A stretch of 63,848 bases of DNA, filler included, from Octopus bimaculoides (Eukaryota), in the NCBI RefSeq assembly GCF_001194135.2. It is 10 parts of 9 records of this genome, joined end to end, with 100 filler letters (N's around TTAATTAATTAA, not from the genome) between each part and the next. Parts side by side here need not be neighbours in the genome. Positions count along the whole stretch, not along the records: positions 48,376 to 50,540 come from NC_068997.1; positions 50,641 to 52,440 come from NC_068988.1; positions 52,541 to 55,187 come from NC_069002.1; positions 55,288 to 60,379 come from NW_026399899.1; positions 60,480 to 62,655 come from NW_026415752.1; positions 62,756 to 63,848 come from NC_068997.1; 4 more parts are not named here. One strand, given 5' to 3'. Numbering within the stretch: the first letter of the stretch is position 1; every line of letters begins with the position of its first letter. Below, in pieces: positions 49,731 to 63,786 of this stretch. The notes below the pieces were generated by a model. The model did not search any database. It worked only from the letters and a program-made list of their open reading frames with translations, and was not told the origin of the DNA. The position numbers were made by a program, and so were the translations under genes.

Positions 49731-50048
49731 NNNNNNNNNNNNNNNNNNNNNNNNNNNNNNNNNNNNNNNNNNNNNNNNNNNNNNNNNNNNNNNNNNNNNN
49801 NNNNNNNNNNNNNNNNNNNNNNNNNNNNNNNNNNNNNNNNNNNNNNNNNNNNNNNNNNNNNNNNNNNNNNNNNNNNNNNNNNNNNNNNNNNNNNNNNNNN
49901 NNNNNNNNNNNNNNNNNNNNNNNNNNNNNNNNNNNNNNNNNNNNNNNNNNNNNNNNNNNNNNNNNNNNTATATATATATATATATATATGTATGTACATA
50001 TATATATAGAGAGAGAAAGTTAGATAGCCACATACATACACACATACA

Positions 50049-50080
<32 letters not shown>

Positions 50081-50475
50081 GATAGTGTTATGCTTATACA
50101 GACAGAGATACGATGCATATATAAAAATATAAATACATATGTATACTTAAATATATATAAAGGAATGTAAACGTGTTTGATTGTACGGTGTTTTTTTTAA
50201 TCTTTGTGTTGTATTCTTACCGCTCACAACCGCTGTTGCTTTGTTTACCTCCCTGAATTGTTTTAAACATATTGATATTGTGATCTAGAATTTTGTCTGA
50301 TAAACATTTTAAACCCTTGCACCACCTGGCCGCAACGGAATGTCTGAAATATATCACAGAATATAAGTAAGCAAACATCTACTAATCTATACATCTTCCT
50401 ATCAATCTGCCTCAATATCTATCTATCTCTATATATTTATATATGAATGCACATCCATACGAGCGTCATACACAT

Positions 50476-50528
<53 letters not shown>

Positions 50529-50649
50529 CAGACACATCTCNNNNNNNNNNNNNNNNNNNNNNNNNNNNNNNNNNNNNNNNNNNNTTAATTAATTAANNNN
50601 NNNNNNNNNNNNNNNNNNNNNNNNNNNNNNNNNNNNNNNNATTGTTAGT

Positions 50650-51037
50650 GGAAGCGCAATGGTCCAGTGGTTAGGGCAGCGGACTCGCAGTCATAGGTTC
50701 GCGGTTTCGATTCCTAGACCAGGCGTTATGAGTGTTTATTGAGCAAAAACACCTAAAGCTCCACGAGGCTCCGGCATGGGATGGTGGCAAATCCTGCTGT
50801 ACTCTTCCACCACAACTTTTTCTCACTCTTACTTCCTGTTTCTGTTGTGCCTGTATTTCAAAGGGTCAGCCTTGTCACACTGTCACGCTGAATATCCCCG
50901 AGGACTACGTTAATGGTACACGTGTCTGTGGAGTGCTCAGCCACTTGCACGTTAATTTAATGAGCAAGTTGTTCCGTTGATCGGATCAACTGGAACCCTC
51001 GACGTCGTAAGCGACGGAGTGCCAACAACAACAACAA
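50650..51037 (+). mobile_element. Full-length tRNA-derived SINE family B with (CAA)n tail
   Basis: A box TGGTCCAGTGG and B box GGTTTCGATTCC; ~390 bp ending GTGCCAACAACAACAAC. Confidence 0.88.
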
Positions 51038-51149
51038 ATTATTCGACTGGTATTTATATAGATCGTTATGCCCTGGGTATGACTTTAAACTGCACCTGCT
51101 TGTAGGAACGTAGCTCAGGAGTTCTGGGATTAGCCACAATTGTTCCCAG

Positions 51150-51630
51150 GTCTACTCTGACCCGGAGTAGCAGCACATGTCAGGGTCCCAGTTATGGGTT
51201 AATTATCATGTTATGAAAGAAACTCCTAGTGCAAACCCTCACTGCTTTGTGAGTTTCTTGAGAAAGTAAAAGGCTAAGGGAGCCCACCTCGAAAGCAATT
51301 CAATGAGTGGAGTCCTTCAGACGGTCCGATGCACGCTTTGACACTCCTCCGGTAACTCCAGTGTCGGTGGAGCTCTGTATACCTGTAAGGCAATTCACCT
51401 GGGAGAAGACCACACTCTAATGTAAATTCTACAGCTTGCTGGTCAGCCCAGCCGTCTTAACCCGTTGAGCCACTGTGATCCGACGTCCAAGAGTAAAGAG
51501 TAGGATCGGGATTCGCGGATTAACTCTCACTCTGCAAACTCCCTATAAAGTGCAGGGGTCGATGCACCACCGTCGTCTTACCTGACTGGCTGGAGAACAG
51601 TGAACAACTGGCAACATTGATTATAATGAT
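51150..51630 (+). mobile_element. RTE-like LINE 5' region
   Basis: GC-richer non-coding block sharing the GAGTGGAG...GACACTCCTCCGGTAACTCC motif with 27271-27326. Confidence 0.5.
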
Positions 51631-52382
51631 TTCTATCATAGAAGCTTCCGTCAATCAGGGTTGACGGAAGTTTCTATGGGAAGTATACTTGGAAATTATC
51701 TTTCTGAAGCGCAATTTTTATTTTTTATTTTTTTATCGAAGCCTGGAGGTTGCCTATGCAGAAAGGCTATCCTCTCTACGTTACTATGAGAAAAGCAAAG
51801 GCTGATAAACCTTGGCGCCAGTGTTGTAAAGAGAGCCGGAACAAATACAACAAAGCATTTTATCCAACGCACTAACAATTTCAGCAATCGAACACCCTCA
51901 ACTTGCAGGTTACTTTGTTGACCTCACAAGGTCACCGCGACAGCACTATTGACTCCTGGACAACATTGTGGAGCCGTTATAAACACAGCTACAGCATATA
52001 TAAGTTTACATTGGGTCCCTACATCCCCGAACAAGTACCACGTTTATCCATACCTTAAGACGGCACAACGACCCAGGGAGGACGAAAGGCTGCGTTGACG
52101 TCAATGAGATCTAACATGGACACACGAAAAAACCTTAAAAATTAGTATCACGGGGGTGATAAAATTGATTAAATCAACTGCTGTACTTGACTCGTAATTA
52201 TTTTATCGAGCTTAGATCTTTATAGGCAAATCATTTCTGCAAATAGTAAGATTTTGCAATGTAAATATAATGTTACTGACGTCAGAAGTTTATAAATAAA
52301 AATATAAGTCATGAAAAAAGAAAACTAATACAGTCTATTTATATTCAGTCTGGCCAATCTAAATACATACACACACACGCAC

Positions 52383-52440
<58 letters not shown>

Positions 52441-52540
52441 NNNNNNNNNNNNNNNNNNNNNNNNNNNNNNNNNNNNNNNNNNNNTTAATTAATTAANNNN
52501 NNNNNNNNNNNNNNNNNNNNNNNNNNNNNNNNNNNNNNNN

Positions 52541-52572
<32 letters not shown>

Positions 52573-53314
52573 TGCGAGCGATGTTCTGTTTGATTTTGTT
52601 GTGTATGCTCAGGGGGTAAACCCCGATCGATAAGCCGATCTTTGGTCGGAGGTGTTCCAGCGGTGGCCATCGCACCTTTCGTTTTCGTATATCCGTAAAC
52701 GGTAGTACTGATGGAACTATTTTTGCCCGAAGTAACCTTTATTTGCAAAATAACAATAGCATCTAGACCGCTTTGGAGGAAGACTTAGCTGCTATTTTGC
52801 ATCCCCTGGTTCTCACGTCTGCCTATAGCAACCACCACCACCGCTGTTGTTTTTGTTGTCGATGATGATGATAGAGGTGGTGGTGATAACAGTGGTGGTG
52901 GTGCTGGTGGAGGAGGAGGCAGTAGTTGATCATGAGGAAAAGGGGGAGGTAGGAATTTTGTTCTTTTTAGTTTTTCTCGATTTTTTTTTTTAGATTTTCT
53001 CGTTGATGTTCCTGTTGTTGTTGTTGTGGTTTTTCTAGTTCTTGCAGTATTTCGTAGTTCATTATATTGCAATGCGGGATGGGGGTGGTTTCGGGCTAAA
53101 TAAACACGAAATGAGGGGGTAGGGAAGGTGGGAGGAAATACTAAAACAACACAAACATAACAATTATCATCTTGTCGACTGTTAATAGCATTATATATAC
53201 ATACATACGAATATATATGTATGTAAATATATATATAAATACATATATATATATATACATATATATACATGCATATAAATATGCACCGAATTGTATATAT
53301 ATATATCGTATTTT

Positions 53315-53590
53315 TTTACTTGTTTTAGTCATTTGACTGCCGCTATGGTGGAGCACCACCTTTTAGTCGAAGAAATCGCCCCCAGGATTTAATCTTTGTA
53401 TACCTAGAACTTATTCTATCAGTCGGTTTTGCCGAATTAAGTTACAGGGACGTAAACACACCAACATTGGTTGTCAAGCGATGATGGGGGAACAAACAGA
53501 CACAGACACAGACACACACACACACACACATGGATCTATTCAGTTTCACATAAATACACAAACACACACACACATATATATATATATATG

Positions 53591-53649
<59 letters not shown>

Positions 53650-53737
53650 GACGGGCTCTCTTCCAGTTTCCATTTACCAAATCCAATCCTCTACCAAATC
53701 TACTCACGAGGCTTTGGTCTGCCTGAGGCTGTAGTAG
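53315..53737 (-). mobile_element. SINE family A (head in gap)
   Basis: TACTTGTTTTAGTCATTTGACTG...GACGGGCTCTCTTCCAGTTTCC..TACCAAATC. Confidence 0.85.
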
Positions 53738-54643
53738 NNNNNNNNNNNNNNNNNNNNNNNNNNNNNNNNNNNNNNNNNNNNNNNNNNNNNNNNNNNNNNN
53801 NNNNNNNNNNNNNNNNNNNNNNNNNNNNNNNNNNNNNNNNNNNNNNNNNNNNNNNNNNNNNNNNNNNNNNNNNNNNNNNNNNNNNNNNNNNNNNNNNNNN
53901 NNNNNNNNNNNNNNNNNNNNNNNNNNNNNNNNNNNNNNNNNNNNNNNNNNNNNNNNNNNNNNNNNNNNNNNNNNNNNNNNNNNNNNNNNNNNNNNNNNNN
54001 NNNNNNNNNNNNNNNNNNNNNNNNNNNNNNNNNNNNNNNNNNNNNNNNNNNNNNNNNNNNNNNNNNNNNNNNNNNNNNNNNNNNNNNNNNNNNNNNNNNN
54101 NNNNNNNNNNNNNNNNNNNNNNNNNNNNNNNNNNNNNNNNNNNNNNNNNNNNNNNNNNNNNNNNNNNNNNNNNNNNNNNNNNNNNNNNNNNNNNNNNNNN
54201 NNNNNNNNNNNNNNNNNNNNNNNNNNNNNNNNNNNNNNNNNNNNNNNNNNNNNNNNNNNNNNNNNNNNNNNNNNNNNNNNNNNNNNNNNNNNNNNNNNNN
54301 NNNNNNNNNNNNNNNNNNNNNNNNNNNNNNNNNNNNNNNNNNNNNNNNNNNNNNNNNNNNNNNNNNNNNNNNNNNNNNNNNNNNNNNNNNNNNNNNNNNN
54401 NNNNNNNNNNNNNNNNNNNNNNNNNNNNNNNNNNNNNNNNNNNNNNNNNNNNNNNNNNNNNNNNNNNNNNNNNNNNNNNNNNNNNNNNNNNNNNNNNNNN
54501 NNNNNNNNNNNNNNNNNNNNNNNNNNNNNNNNNNNNNNNNNNNNNNNNNNNNNNNNNNNNNNNNNNNNNNNNNNNNNNNNNNNNNNNNNNNNNNNNNNNN
54601 NNNNNNNNNNNNNNNNNNNNNNNNNNNNNNNACACACACACAC

Positions 54644-54674
<31 letters not shown>

Positions 54675-54974
54675 ACATACATACGTACAGATCAACACAC
54701 AAACAATACTAATCGTTTAGTATAAGGAGAGCCGAATAGGCTGACCCATAAAAGTGCATTATTTTCATGGTTTAACGTGTGTGTGTGTGTGTGTATGTGT
54801 GAAAGAGAGAGAATGAGTTTAATATGCATTGTTGTATGTGTGTGTTAACGTGTATGTATATGGATGTATATATGCGTGTGTCAGTGTGGTAACTGTTCTT
54901 GCCCATGTGGTCTTCGCTGTCTATATCAGTATGTGTGAGTGTGTTGGTGTAAACATAGGCGTGTCTGTGTGTGC

Positions 54975-55122
54975 TATGAAGTTTTCCTTCCCAACCACAT
55001 GGTCCCGGGTTCAGTCCCACTGCGTGGCATTTTGGGTAAGTGCCTTCTTACTATAGCCTCGAGCCGACCAAAAAGTCTTGTGAGTGGATTTGGCAGACAG
55101 AAACTGAAAGAAGCCTGTCGCA
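54975..55122 (+). mobile_element. SINE family A, 5' half
   Basis: CCCAACCACATGGTCCCGGGTTCAGTCCCACTGCGTGGCA... Confidence 0.82.
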
Positions 55123-55135
55123 TATGTGTATGCGT

Positions 55136-55187
<52 letters not shown>

Positions 55188-55287
55188 NNNNNNNNNNNNN
55201 NNNNNNNNNNNNNNNNNNNNNNNNNNNNNNNTTAATTAATTAANNNNNNNNNNNNNNNNNNNNNNNNNNNNNNNNNNNNNNNNNNNN

Positions 55288-55328
<41 letters not shown>

Positions 55329-55944
55329 ATGCAAATAAACAAATAAGCAAATCAACAAACAAATATATTTACATGTATATAAACAAATTACCAGCCAAAT
55401 GTAATTACATAAATCATCAAATATGAAACTCAGCATGTTCTCGTAAAATGAACCTCGTGACGTCATTAACATGTCAGATGTAGCCCAACCTGAATGTAGA
55501 AAGTATCAAACATATACGTACATAAATAGATACATACATATGCATACAAACACACACACACACACACACGCACACATGTATGAGTGTTTGTACGTACGTT
55601 CTTATATACTGACTGTGAAATCAAATATGGGAAATGTATAGAAAGATAGATGGGAATGAGGAGAAGAAATGAAATATAATTTATCCATATTTGTACCGAG
55701 AAATATGAAATATAGATTCGCGGTGTAAGGTCTTCTGAAGTTTTCAACATTATATGAATACAGTAGCTGCTCTATTTGATGGGCACGAACGCTTACAATT
55801 AAAACTACAATTGCATCACACCTTCAGGTAGTCAGAGGTCGATCGTGTGAACCTAACATATGTGTGTTTTTCTTGGCTATCTTCTTTCATTTTTTTTTTA
55901 ATATCCTTTCCTCTTTTCATTTTCTCTCCTTGTACTTTCTTCTT

Positions 55945-55979
55945 GTGTCTGATGAAGAGCTAAGTCCGAAACGTCATAC
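55945..55979 (+). ncRNA. Minimal type I hammerhead ribozyme candidate in a solo Penelope pLTR (~55860-56090)
   Basis: GUGU / CUGAUGA / A / GAGC-UAA-GUCC (G-C closing pair, one mismatch) / GAAA / ACGU palindrome / GUC cleavage / AUAC. Pyrimidine-rich flanks are typical of pLTRs. Confidence 0.65.
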
Positions 55980-56243
55980 TCATGCTCTATAGCTTTTACT
56001 TCATAAGATCCTTCCTTCTTAATAATACAAACTGTACAATACGTCCCTTAGGCTATTGTTGTTTTTCTTTCATTTGCATTCGATGTACATACATTCACGC
56101 GCGCACATACACACACAATGACACTCACATACACAATTATGGGTGCGAGAGTCATTTTGGGGCCCTAAACTCGTGATGAAAACTTTGGATTGGTACCGTC
56201 GAGACTAGTGGTGCTCGTTTCTAGCTGTGACTACAGACGATAT

Positions 56244-56535
56244 CTTCTCTGAATAAAAGGACAGATGCTCAGAGAAAAAAAGAAAGAGAACAACGGACTG
56301 TACTTCATTTACCGACCCTGAAAGAACGATTGGAAGCTGTATTTTTGACCATCGTCACATCTAGCGGAGCTCATCGTTAGGTCACTGTGACTAAAAACGA
56401 GTTCTTCTCTAAATAAAAGGACAGATGCTCAGAGAAAAAAAAAGAAGAAAGCAACGGACTGTACCTCATTTATCGGCCCTGGAAGAACGATTGGCAAAGT
56501 TGATCTCAGGGATATTTGAACCTGGAACGCAGAGA
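56244..56535. repeat. ~90-bp direct duplication of a SINE-C-like tail
   Basis: TTCTCTRAATAAAAGGACAGATGCTCAGAGAAAAAAA...CAACGGACTGTACYTCATTTA at ~56245 and ~56406. Confidence 0.8.
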
Positions 56536-56677
56536 ACCAAAAGGAATACTGCGAATACAAACTGTTCAATATTCTTACAACTCTATGCCTTATACGTGCT
56601 TGCATGCCGATATACATATGTACGTGTATGTATATGCATATACATATATATATATGTATGTATACTTATGTACGTGC

Positions 56678-56736
<59 letters not shown>

Positions 56737-57099
56737 TATACACACATTATATCAGTGCAATAGATGCTTGAAGCGATAGAACGGATTATAGATTTTTTGA
56801 TCTTTTAATGACAAACTGGGTAAATTTATCATAACAGATGAATAAATGGATAGACAGATAGATAGACTGATGCGTGTGGATGGGTATGTCGATGTTTATA
56901 TGCTTGTACACATACGCGCGCGCGCACACACGCAATCATACATGCAAGCATGTTGATGTGCATGTAGATAATTAAGTTTATATATATATATGCGTGTGTG
57001 TGTGTGTGTGTGTGTATGCAGTGAGAGAGTGAGGGAGACAGAGATTGAGAGAGAAAGAGAGGGAGAGAGAGAGGGAGGAAGAGAAGACTGATAAATAAT

Positions 57100-57113
57100 T
57101 AGATAGATAGATT

Positions 57114-57196
<83 letters not shown>
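57100..57196. repeat. (GATA)n microsatellite; similar (CTAT)n arrays at 6384-6462 and 8641-8695
   Basis: Read directly. Confidence 0.95.
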
Positions 57197-57693
57197 GTGC
57201 ATACTTATATAAGGCAGCAGTTGGACTGACAGCCAGGCAGACAAACTGATGGCAGTGATATAATGCGATGAACATATGTTTATCATTGTATATGCGTATC
57301 TATTTGATAATCACTAGAAGACATTGCCTCTCATATATGCGTTTAAGCTCAATACAACACCTTACATTGACTGCGCCAACAATGCTGTTGTGATATCAAC
57401 TCAGCTATATTGCAGTGGCGATGCAGAAACTCGTTCACGGTTCACTGGTTTTGAAATTAAGTCACACACGAAACACTGAACATAGCTCTTTGAGAATTTA
57501 CGCTATTACGACATTTTCATCGATTCGCCATTTCGGGTCAGGTCATCTCTCTTAACCTCGTTTAACGAAATTACATATGCAGCCCTGTACGGTCAAGCTG
57601 ATCAAAGCCTCGAACTGGCTGAAACTCTGTTTTGGATTTAATTTACTTTTTTTCCTTTGTGCGCGTATATTTCTTTCTCTCCTTTCTCTTTCC

Positions 57694-57745
<52 letters not shown>

Positions 57746-57886
57746 GCTCTCTCTCTCGCTCTCTTTTTACTTTTCTCTCTTACTGTTGTTGAGTTATTAC
57801 TATTGTTGTGAGAATTGGTGTTGTTTTGTATAGATTTTTTCTGAACCGTTTGGCGTTTCTAGACATCTCCGGAACATTAATATAGA

Positions 57887-57961
<75 letters not shown>

Positions 57962-58137
57962 ATACACACACACACACATATGCACACACACACACATGTG
58001 CGCATGCACAGTCACACATGCACATATATGTACATCTATCTATCTGTCTATCTAGTGTATGTACCTGTCTATGTGTATAGATAAAATTATACATATATAC
58101 ATATAAGTTTATACACACACAGCACACACACAGACAG

Positions 58138-58170
<33 letters not shown>

Positions 58171-59150
58171 AACACACACAGACTGGGAGAGAAATAGACA
58201 GAAAGAGGAGAGAAGAATTTATAGATAAGTATATATGTACGTATATGTATGTATGTTTGTGCGTGTGTGTATGTATGCATGTACGTATGGATGTGAGTGT
58301 GTATGTATGTATATACTATAGATGTGTGTGTGTGTATGTATGTATAATTACACTGTGTAAAATTCAAAGACAAACCCAGCAATTCAATCAATCCCTAGAT
58401 GAAAGGCAAAATCGAATTAGGTTCCTTTGGTGCTTTGCATTCGAATTCCACCCTGAATATGAGAACAACATGAAGAAATCTCTGCTCTCATATTACTTAT
58501 GTGACTCACACAAATGATTAATAAAGGGCATATGAGGCCCATTTCTTAGAGTTGTTCTTCATTAGGGGCAAACGCCTGCATTGTTTAGAAAGTGGGATTG
58601 TTCCTGTGCAAGGCCTTCTTCACTTTAAAAAGCTTTAGGTACGAGCATCTTTTGATTTTTGATATCTCTATTATGTGTTACATACTATAGTTGGCCATAG
58701 CAGAGAAAAGCTAAATAAACCCTCAATGAAAAAATTCCGTGACGGAAGGAAAACATGTCTCTGTCGGAAGGTAATCTCTCTTCATACCTGTTGCTGGAGG
58801 TACCGATCAGAGGTTTGTCTGTTCAAAAGAGTGTAACTCCCTAGCAGAACTGAAGAACCACATCTATGCGGCTCAGGTTTAAAGGGACAATCAAGCAGTG
58901 GTAGTGCTCGAAATCGAGTTGCAGTCTTCGTATATGTATGCTTGTAAGGAAAGATGAATGGACAAGAACGTTTACTGTCAAACTGAATCGACAGTAGCGA
59001 AATACATGTTGATCCAATCCAATCAATAATAATGATTACGAGCCAGGTTTTCCTGCAGCCCTCTCTTCTCCACCTGTCATATTATGGGTGTTACATGGTC
59101 ACCTAGCTCAGATACATGGTATTCATTTAAGAGAGACGAGCTGGCAATAC

Positions 59151-59583
59151 TCTTTTACTCTTTTACTTGTTTCAGTCATGTGACTGTGGCCATGCTGGAG
59201 CACCGCCTTTAGTCGAGCAAATCGACCCCAGGACTTATTCTTTGTAAGCCTAGTACTTATTCTATCGGTCTCTTTTGACGAACCAATAAGCTACGGGGAC
59301 GTAAACACATCAGCATCAGCTGTCAAGCGATGTTGGGGGTGGGGGTGGGGTCAAACACAGACACAGACACACACACACACACACACATACACACACACAC
59401 ACACATACACATATATATATATATATATGACGGGCTTCTTTCAGTTTCCGTCTACCAAATCCACTCACAAGGCTTTGGTCGGTCCGAGGGTATAGTAGAA
59501 GACACTTGCCCAAGGTGTCACGCAGTGGGACTGAACCCGGAACCATGTGGTTGGTAAGCAAGCTACTTACCACACAGCCACTC
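59151..59583 (-). mobile_element. Full-length SINE family A
   Basis: Collinear with the 31787-32167 copy over its whole length. Confidence 0.9.
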
Positions 59584-60479
59584 ATACACCTAAGTAAAGT
59601 TAATAGTTTTTGTGTGTTTTTGAAGAGTTAATCTCTGTCTTCAGCGCTGTAATTGTATTAGTTTTTAAGATACGGTCTCCGATCATATCATTTAACATAT
59701 AAATTATATCAGCATTAAGTACAAAAAAAAAAAAAAAAAATGGGGAGAAACAGAGGAGAGTTTAGGCAGAAACAAGGGTGGGGAAATGGCAGCTTCGTTC
59801 TTATTTGGAACCTTTTCATTTGTAAGAAAGACAGCATAATTTCATTATATTGAAAGAAGGAACATTGGTATTTCCACATTTATTGACAACTGTAACATCT
59901 GCAATGTTTTTTTTCAAGTAGCTTTTTTCCCTTTAAACACTGATCAACTCAACATGTCGCCCTATATTCAATGTGTGTTTAGCTAAGTGGTCAAAAACAA
60001 ACCAAACAGAACAAGATAAAATGATAACGAAGCAAAAAAAAATACCATATAAAAACTATAATAGATAAAAGAAAAAAATCACGTAGTCGAGTGAGAGAGT
60101 AGAGGAGAATAGGTCAAGATATAAACAAAGTAGAGAGAAAGGAAGAGAGAGAAGAGAGGGAGTAAAAGGTAGAGGGAGTGAGGTAAATGGTAATTTTGTT
60201 TGAAATAACAAAATCGTCTTAAGAGCAGAATATTCAAAAGAATAAAAGAACAGATGAAGAAGAATTTAATGAAGATTTTAGGATAACTTAATTATCAACA
60301 GTATCAAAACCCAATCAAGACATACATATATACATACATACATATATATTTATATATACATACATACACACACACACACNNNNNNNNNNNNNNNNNNNNN
60401 NNNNNNNNNNNNNNNNNNNNNNNTTAATTAATTAANNNNNNNNNNNNNNNNNNNNNNNNNNNNNNNNNNNNNNNNNNNN

Positions 60480-62655
60480 TTGGCCCTGACTTTTATTAAT
60501 GCTCATGGCAAAAGAAACTTGGATAGGAAGCTGTAACCACTTAAAGTAGAATGGGATATTAGATGGTATAACTGGTATGTTAGGAATAAAGACAGTCTCA
60601 CCTTCACCACAACCAGTGACAATATATTTGCCTCGATGCAGTTTCTCTTAAGTTTGTGCACAATTAATCTTGTACCATTGCATAATTTTGGTTGAGACNN
60701 NNNNNNNNNNNNNNNNNNNNNNNNNNNNNNNNNNNNNNNNNNNNNNNNNNNNNNNNNNNNNNNNNNNNNNNNNNNNNNNNNNNNNNNNNNNNNNNNNGGA
60801 GTAGTTAACACTATCCTGATCATCAACAACACTGTCAATTGAGTTATAATTGAATACCTCTCCTGAAAGTTTATTCAATAGCTTATTATTAATGCTATTT
60901 ACAGCAATATATTTTGGAGCCAGGATAGCTCATTCACAGATCCAATCTGTATTGTTGTAATTATGAAGAAGATTCAGGAAGATTTCAGCCACAAATCATC
61001 GATGGAATCAGCTGAATTACATATTCAGTGAGTGTAAGAAACTGTTCTTTGCCAATTGCAACTCTCCCTTCACCAAGTTTCAAAAACTGCTNNNNNNNNN
61101 NTGTTCTTTGCCAATTGCAACTCTCCCTTCACCAAGTTTCAAAAACTGCTCTGCAAATAGTTCAGCTGATTGATCTCTTGAAAGCTTCCATCTCATATCT
61201 GTCGAAAGTTGAAGTGTTTTCACATAGTGCCATAATACAGAAGACTTTATTAAAGCATTGAGCTCATTCACTTTTGTTCCTCTTGGAACAACTGGTAGTG
61301 TTTGTTGGAAGTCTCCTGNNNNNNNNNNTAGTGTTTGTTGGAAGTCTCCTGACAATAATACTGTGACATTTCCCATCATGGAATTACATTTTCTAATGCC
61401 TTGTAATGTTTTATCCACAGCTTCAAAAGCTTTTTGGGGGTCATGGTACATCCGTCCAAGACAATTAAGTGAAACCTTTGTATTAGTTCACCCATTTCAG
61501 AACTTTTAGATATATTACAAACTGGATCTTCTTTGTTTCATTGGATAAATCTAAAGGTAACTTGAATGTTGAATGGGCAGTCCAACCTCCAGATAGTAAT
61601 GTTGCTGCAATCCCAGGAACAGCAGTAGCTAAAGCTATTTTATTTTCTTGACAAACTTTAGCCAGGAGGAGTTTAATTAGAAATCTTTTCCCAGTACCTC
61701 CTGGAGCATCTAAGAAATAATGTCCTCCTATGTTATTGTTAGTACTTTCTATGACAGTGGAATATGCATGACGTTGATCAGATAGAAGCTTGGGAAAATT
61801 ATCATTTATGTTCATGGTCAGTTCATCCTTATCATAGGAAATTTCCCTCATTATTTCAGTGGACAGACTGTTAAGATCCCCTCTGTTAGTTAGTGGGAGA
61901 CCTAAATTTTCTAGAGGCTCACCTCCCATCGAAATAATTTGATCTTCTATTTCAATTAAAGCTGCATTGTATACATCATCAGTGAAACCAATATCTTGCT
62001 CAGGATTACTCAATTGAAGTTGGTGTTTAAAATCTTCAGCAAGATCATTTCTGAACTTATTCTAAAGGTAAAGAGGATTACTTACTTCACAATTTTTGAG
62101 AATAATAGCAAAAAGATCTCTTAAACTCTTTAGTGTTTTTGCTATTGAAGCTTCTTCTTCTAATGTAGCTTCCCATTGCTGATCATTTGCAAGCAAACCT
62201 AACTTGAAACACACTTCTCGATATGTTCTGCAAATCTCACCATCAACTTCTTTCAAACTTTCCCATGAAGNNNNNNNNNNNNNNNNNNNNNNNNNNNNNN
62301 NNNNNNNNNNNNNNNNNNNNNNNNNNNNNNNNNNNNNNNNNNNNNNNNNNNNNNNNNNNNNNNNNNNNNNNNNNNNNNNNNNNNNNNNNNNNNNNNNNNN
62401 NNNNNNNNNNNNNNNNNNNNNNNNNNNNNNNNNNNNNNNNNNNNNNNNNNNNNNNNNNNNNNNNNNNNNNNNNNNNNNNNNNNNNNNNNNNNNNNNNNNN
62501 NNNNNGCTGTTAAAGTGGTATCCTTTGGATTTGAAACTTGATTTGCAGCTGTCTCTTCCGTGAAGTAAACTCTTTGACCATTTTCTAAATGCACAGAAAG
62601 TTGTTGAATGGCTGGATGTTTTTTGTGGATCGGGAATCCAAATATGCACTAGAAG
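60480..62655 (-). mobile_element. Helitron Rep/PIF1-helicase ORF (fragmented by gaps and frameshifts)
   Basis: HLENGQRVYF, TYREVCFKLGLL, FLDAPGGTGK (Walker A), IAATLLSGGWTAHSTFKLP, LLSGDFQQTLPVVPRG, KLCNGTRL and FAMSINKSQGQ, in canonical RepHel order. Confidence 0.93.
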
Positions 62656-62755
62656 NNNNNNNNNNNNNNNNNNNNNNNNNNNNNNNNNNNNNNNNNNNNT
62701 TAATTAATTAANNNNNNNNNNNNNNNNNNNNNNNNNNNNNNNNNNNNNNNNNNNN

Positions 62756-62804
<49 letters not shown>

Positions 62805-62988
62805 TATAGATATATATTCACACACACATATACACATATACACTCATATACACACACACACATATACACAGTCCAGCTCCACTATGGAGCTGGACTGACC
62901 ACCAATACCTTGTGACTGGATTTAATAGATTGAAACTGAAAGAACAGTGTGTGTATGTGTGTTAGTGTGTGTGTATATGCATGTGTGT

Positions 62989-63034
<46 letters not shown>

Positions 63035-63348
63035 CATTATCTTGACATCACATGTTCATTGTAAACAAATGTCATTCTTTTCTAATATTCTGTGAAAACA
63101 TGTTCAGCCCTGAGGAAGTATTACCTTGCTTAGAAACAGGTGCAGGTTGGTGACAGGAAATGCATCCAGCAGTAAAAACACACTGCCTCAGCTAATGCCG
63201 CCTGACTCATCATGCAGGCATAGAAAAGTGAACATTGAACATTGAATATTATTATGGTCACAAAATTGATTTGGAAACACAAACATCAACAACACCGATA
63301 ACAACAATACCGATTCCAGTTTTAACAATAGCAGTAAAGAATAAGGTC

Positions 63349-63389
<41 letters not shown>

Positions 63390-63786
63390 AGGCACACAGA
63401 GATACACATGCACATATACATACAACTGTTTATGTTCTTGTTCACACAGAAAAAGATATTTACAGAAATTTAGCCGTTCGGTCGATATGCATTGAAATAA
63501 AATTTATTTTATCATTATATTATTTTCACAAAATTCATTTTAAGAAGAGAAAAAGAAAAGAAACAATCGTCGATAACAACAACAACATCATTTATAACAA
63601 AAGGAGAATAATATCAAAGATACTCAAATACACACACACACACACACACACATTAACAAAACACAAATATAGACATACACACATACAAATATAAGCATAC
63701 AAGTAGAGACGCTGTTGCCCTTAGGTATCAAAATATCATATTCATGCATATATGTATGTGTGTGCATATATATATATGCATATATT

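Noticed and set aside
58560-58930. Possible RTE 3' end with decayed C2H2 motif (FVCSKECNSLAELKNH)
   Set aside because: Too many stops and too weak a match to call from sequence alone.
61060-61350. Apparent ~40-bp and ~30-bp tandem duplications inside the Helitron helicase
   Set aside because: Each pair flanks a 10-N gap, the signature of overlapping unmerged contig ends.
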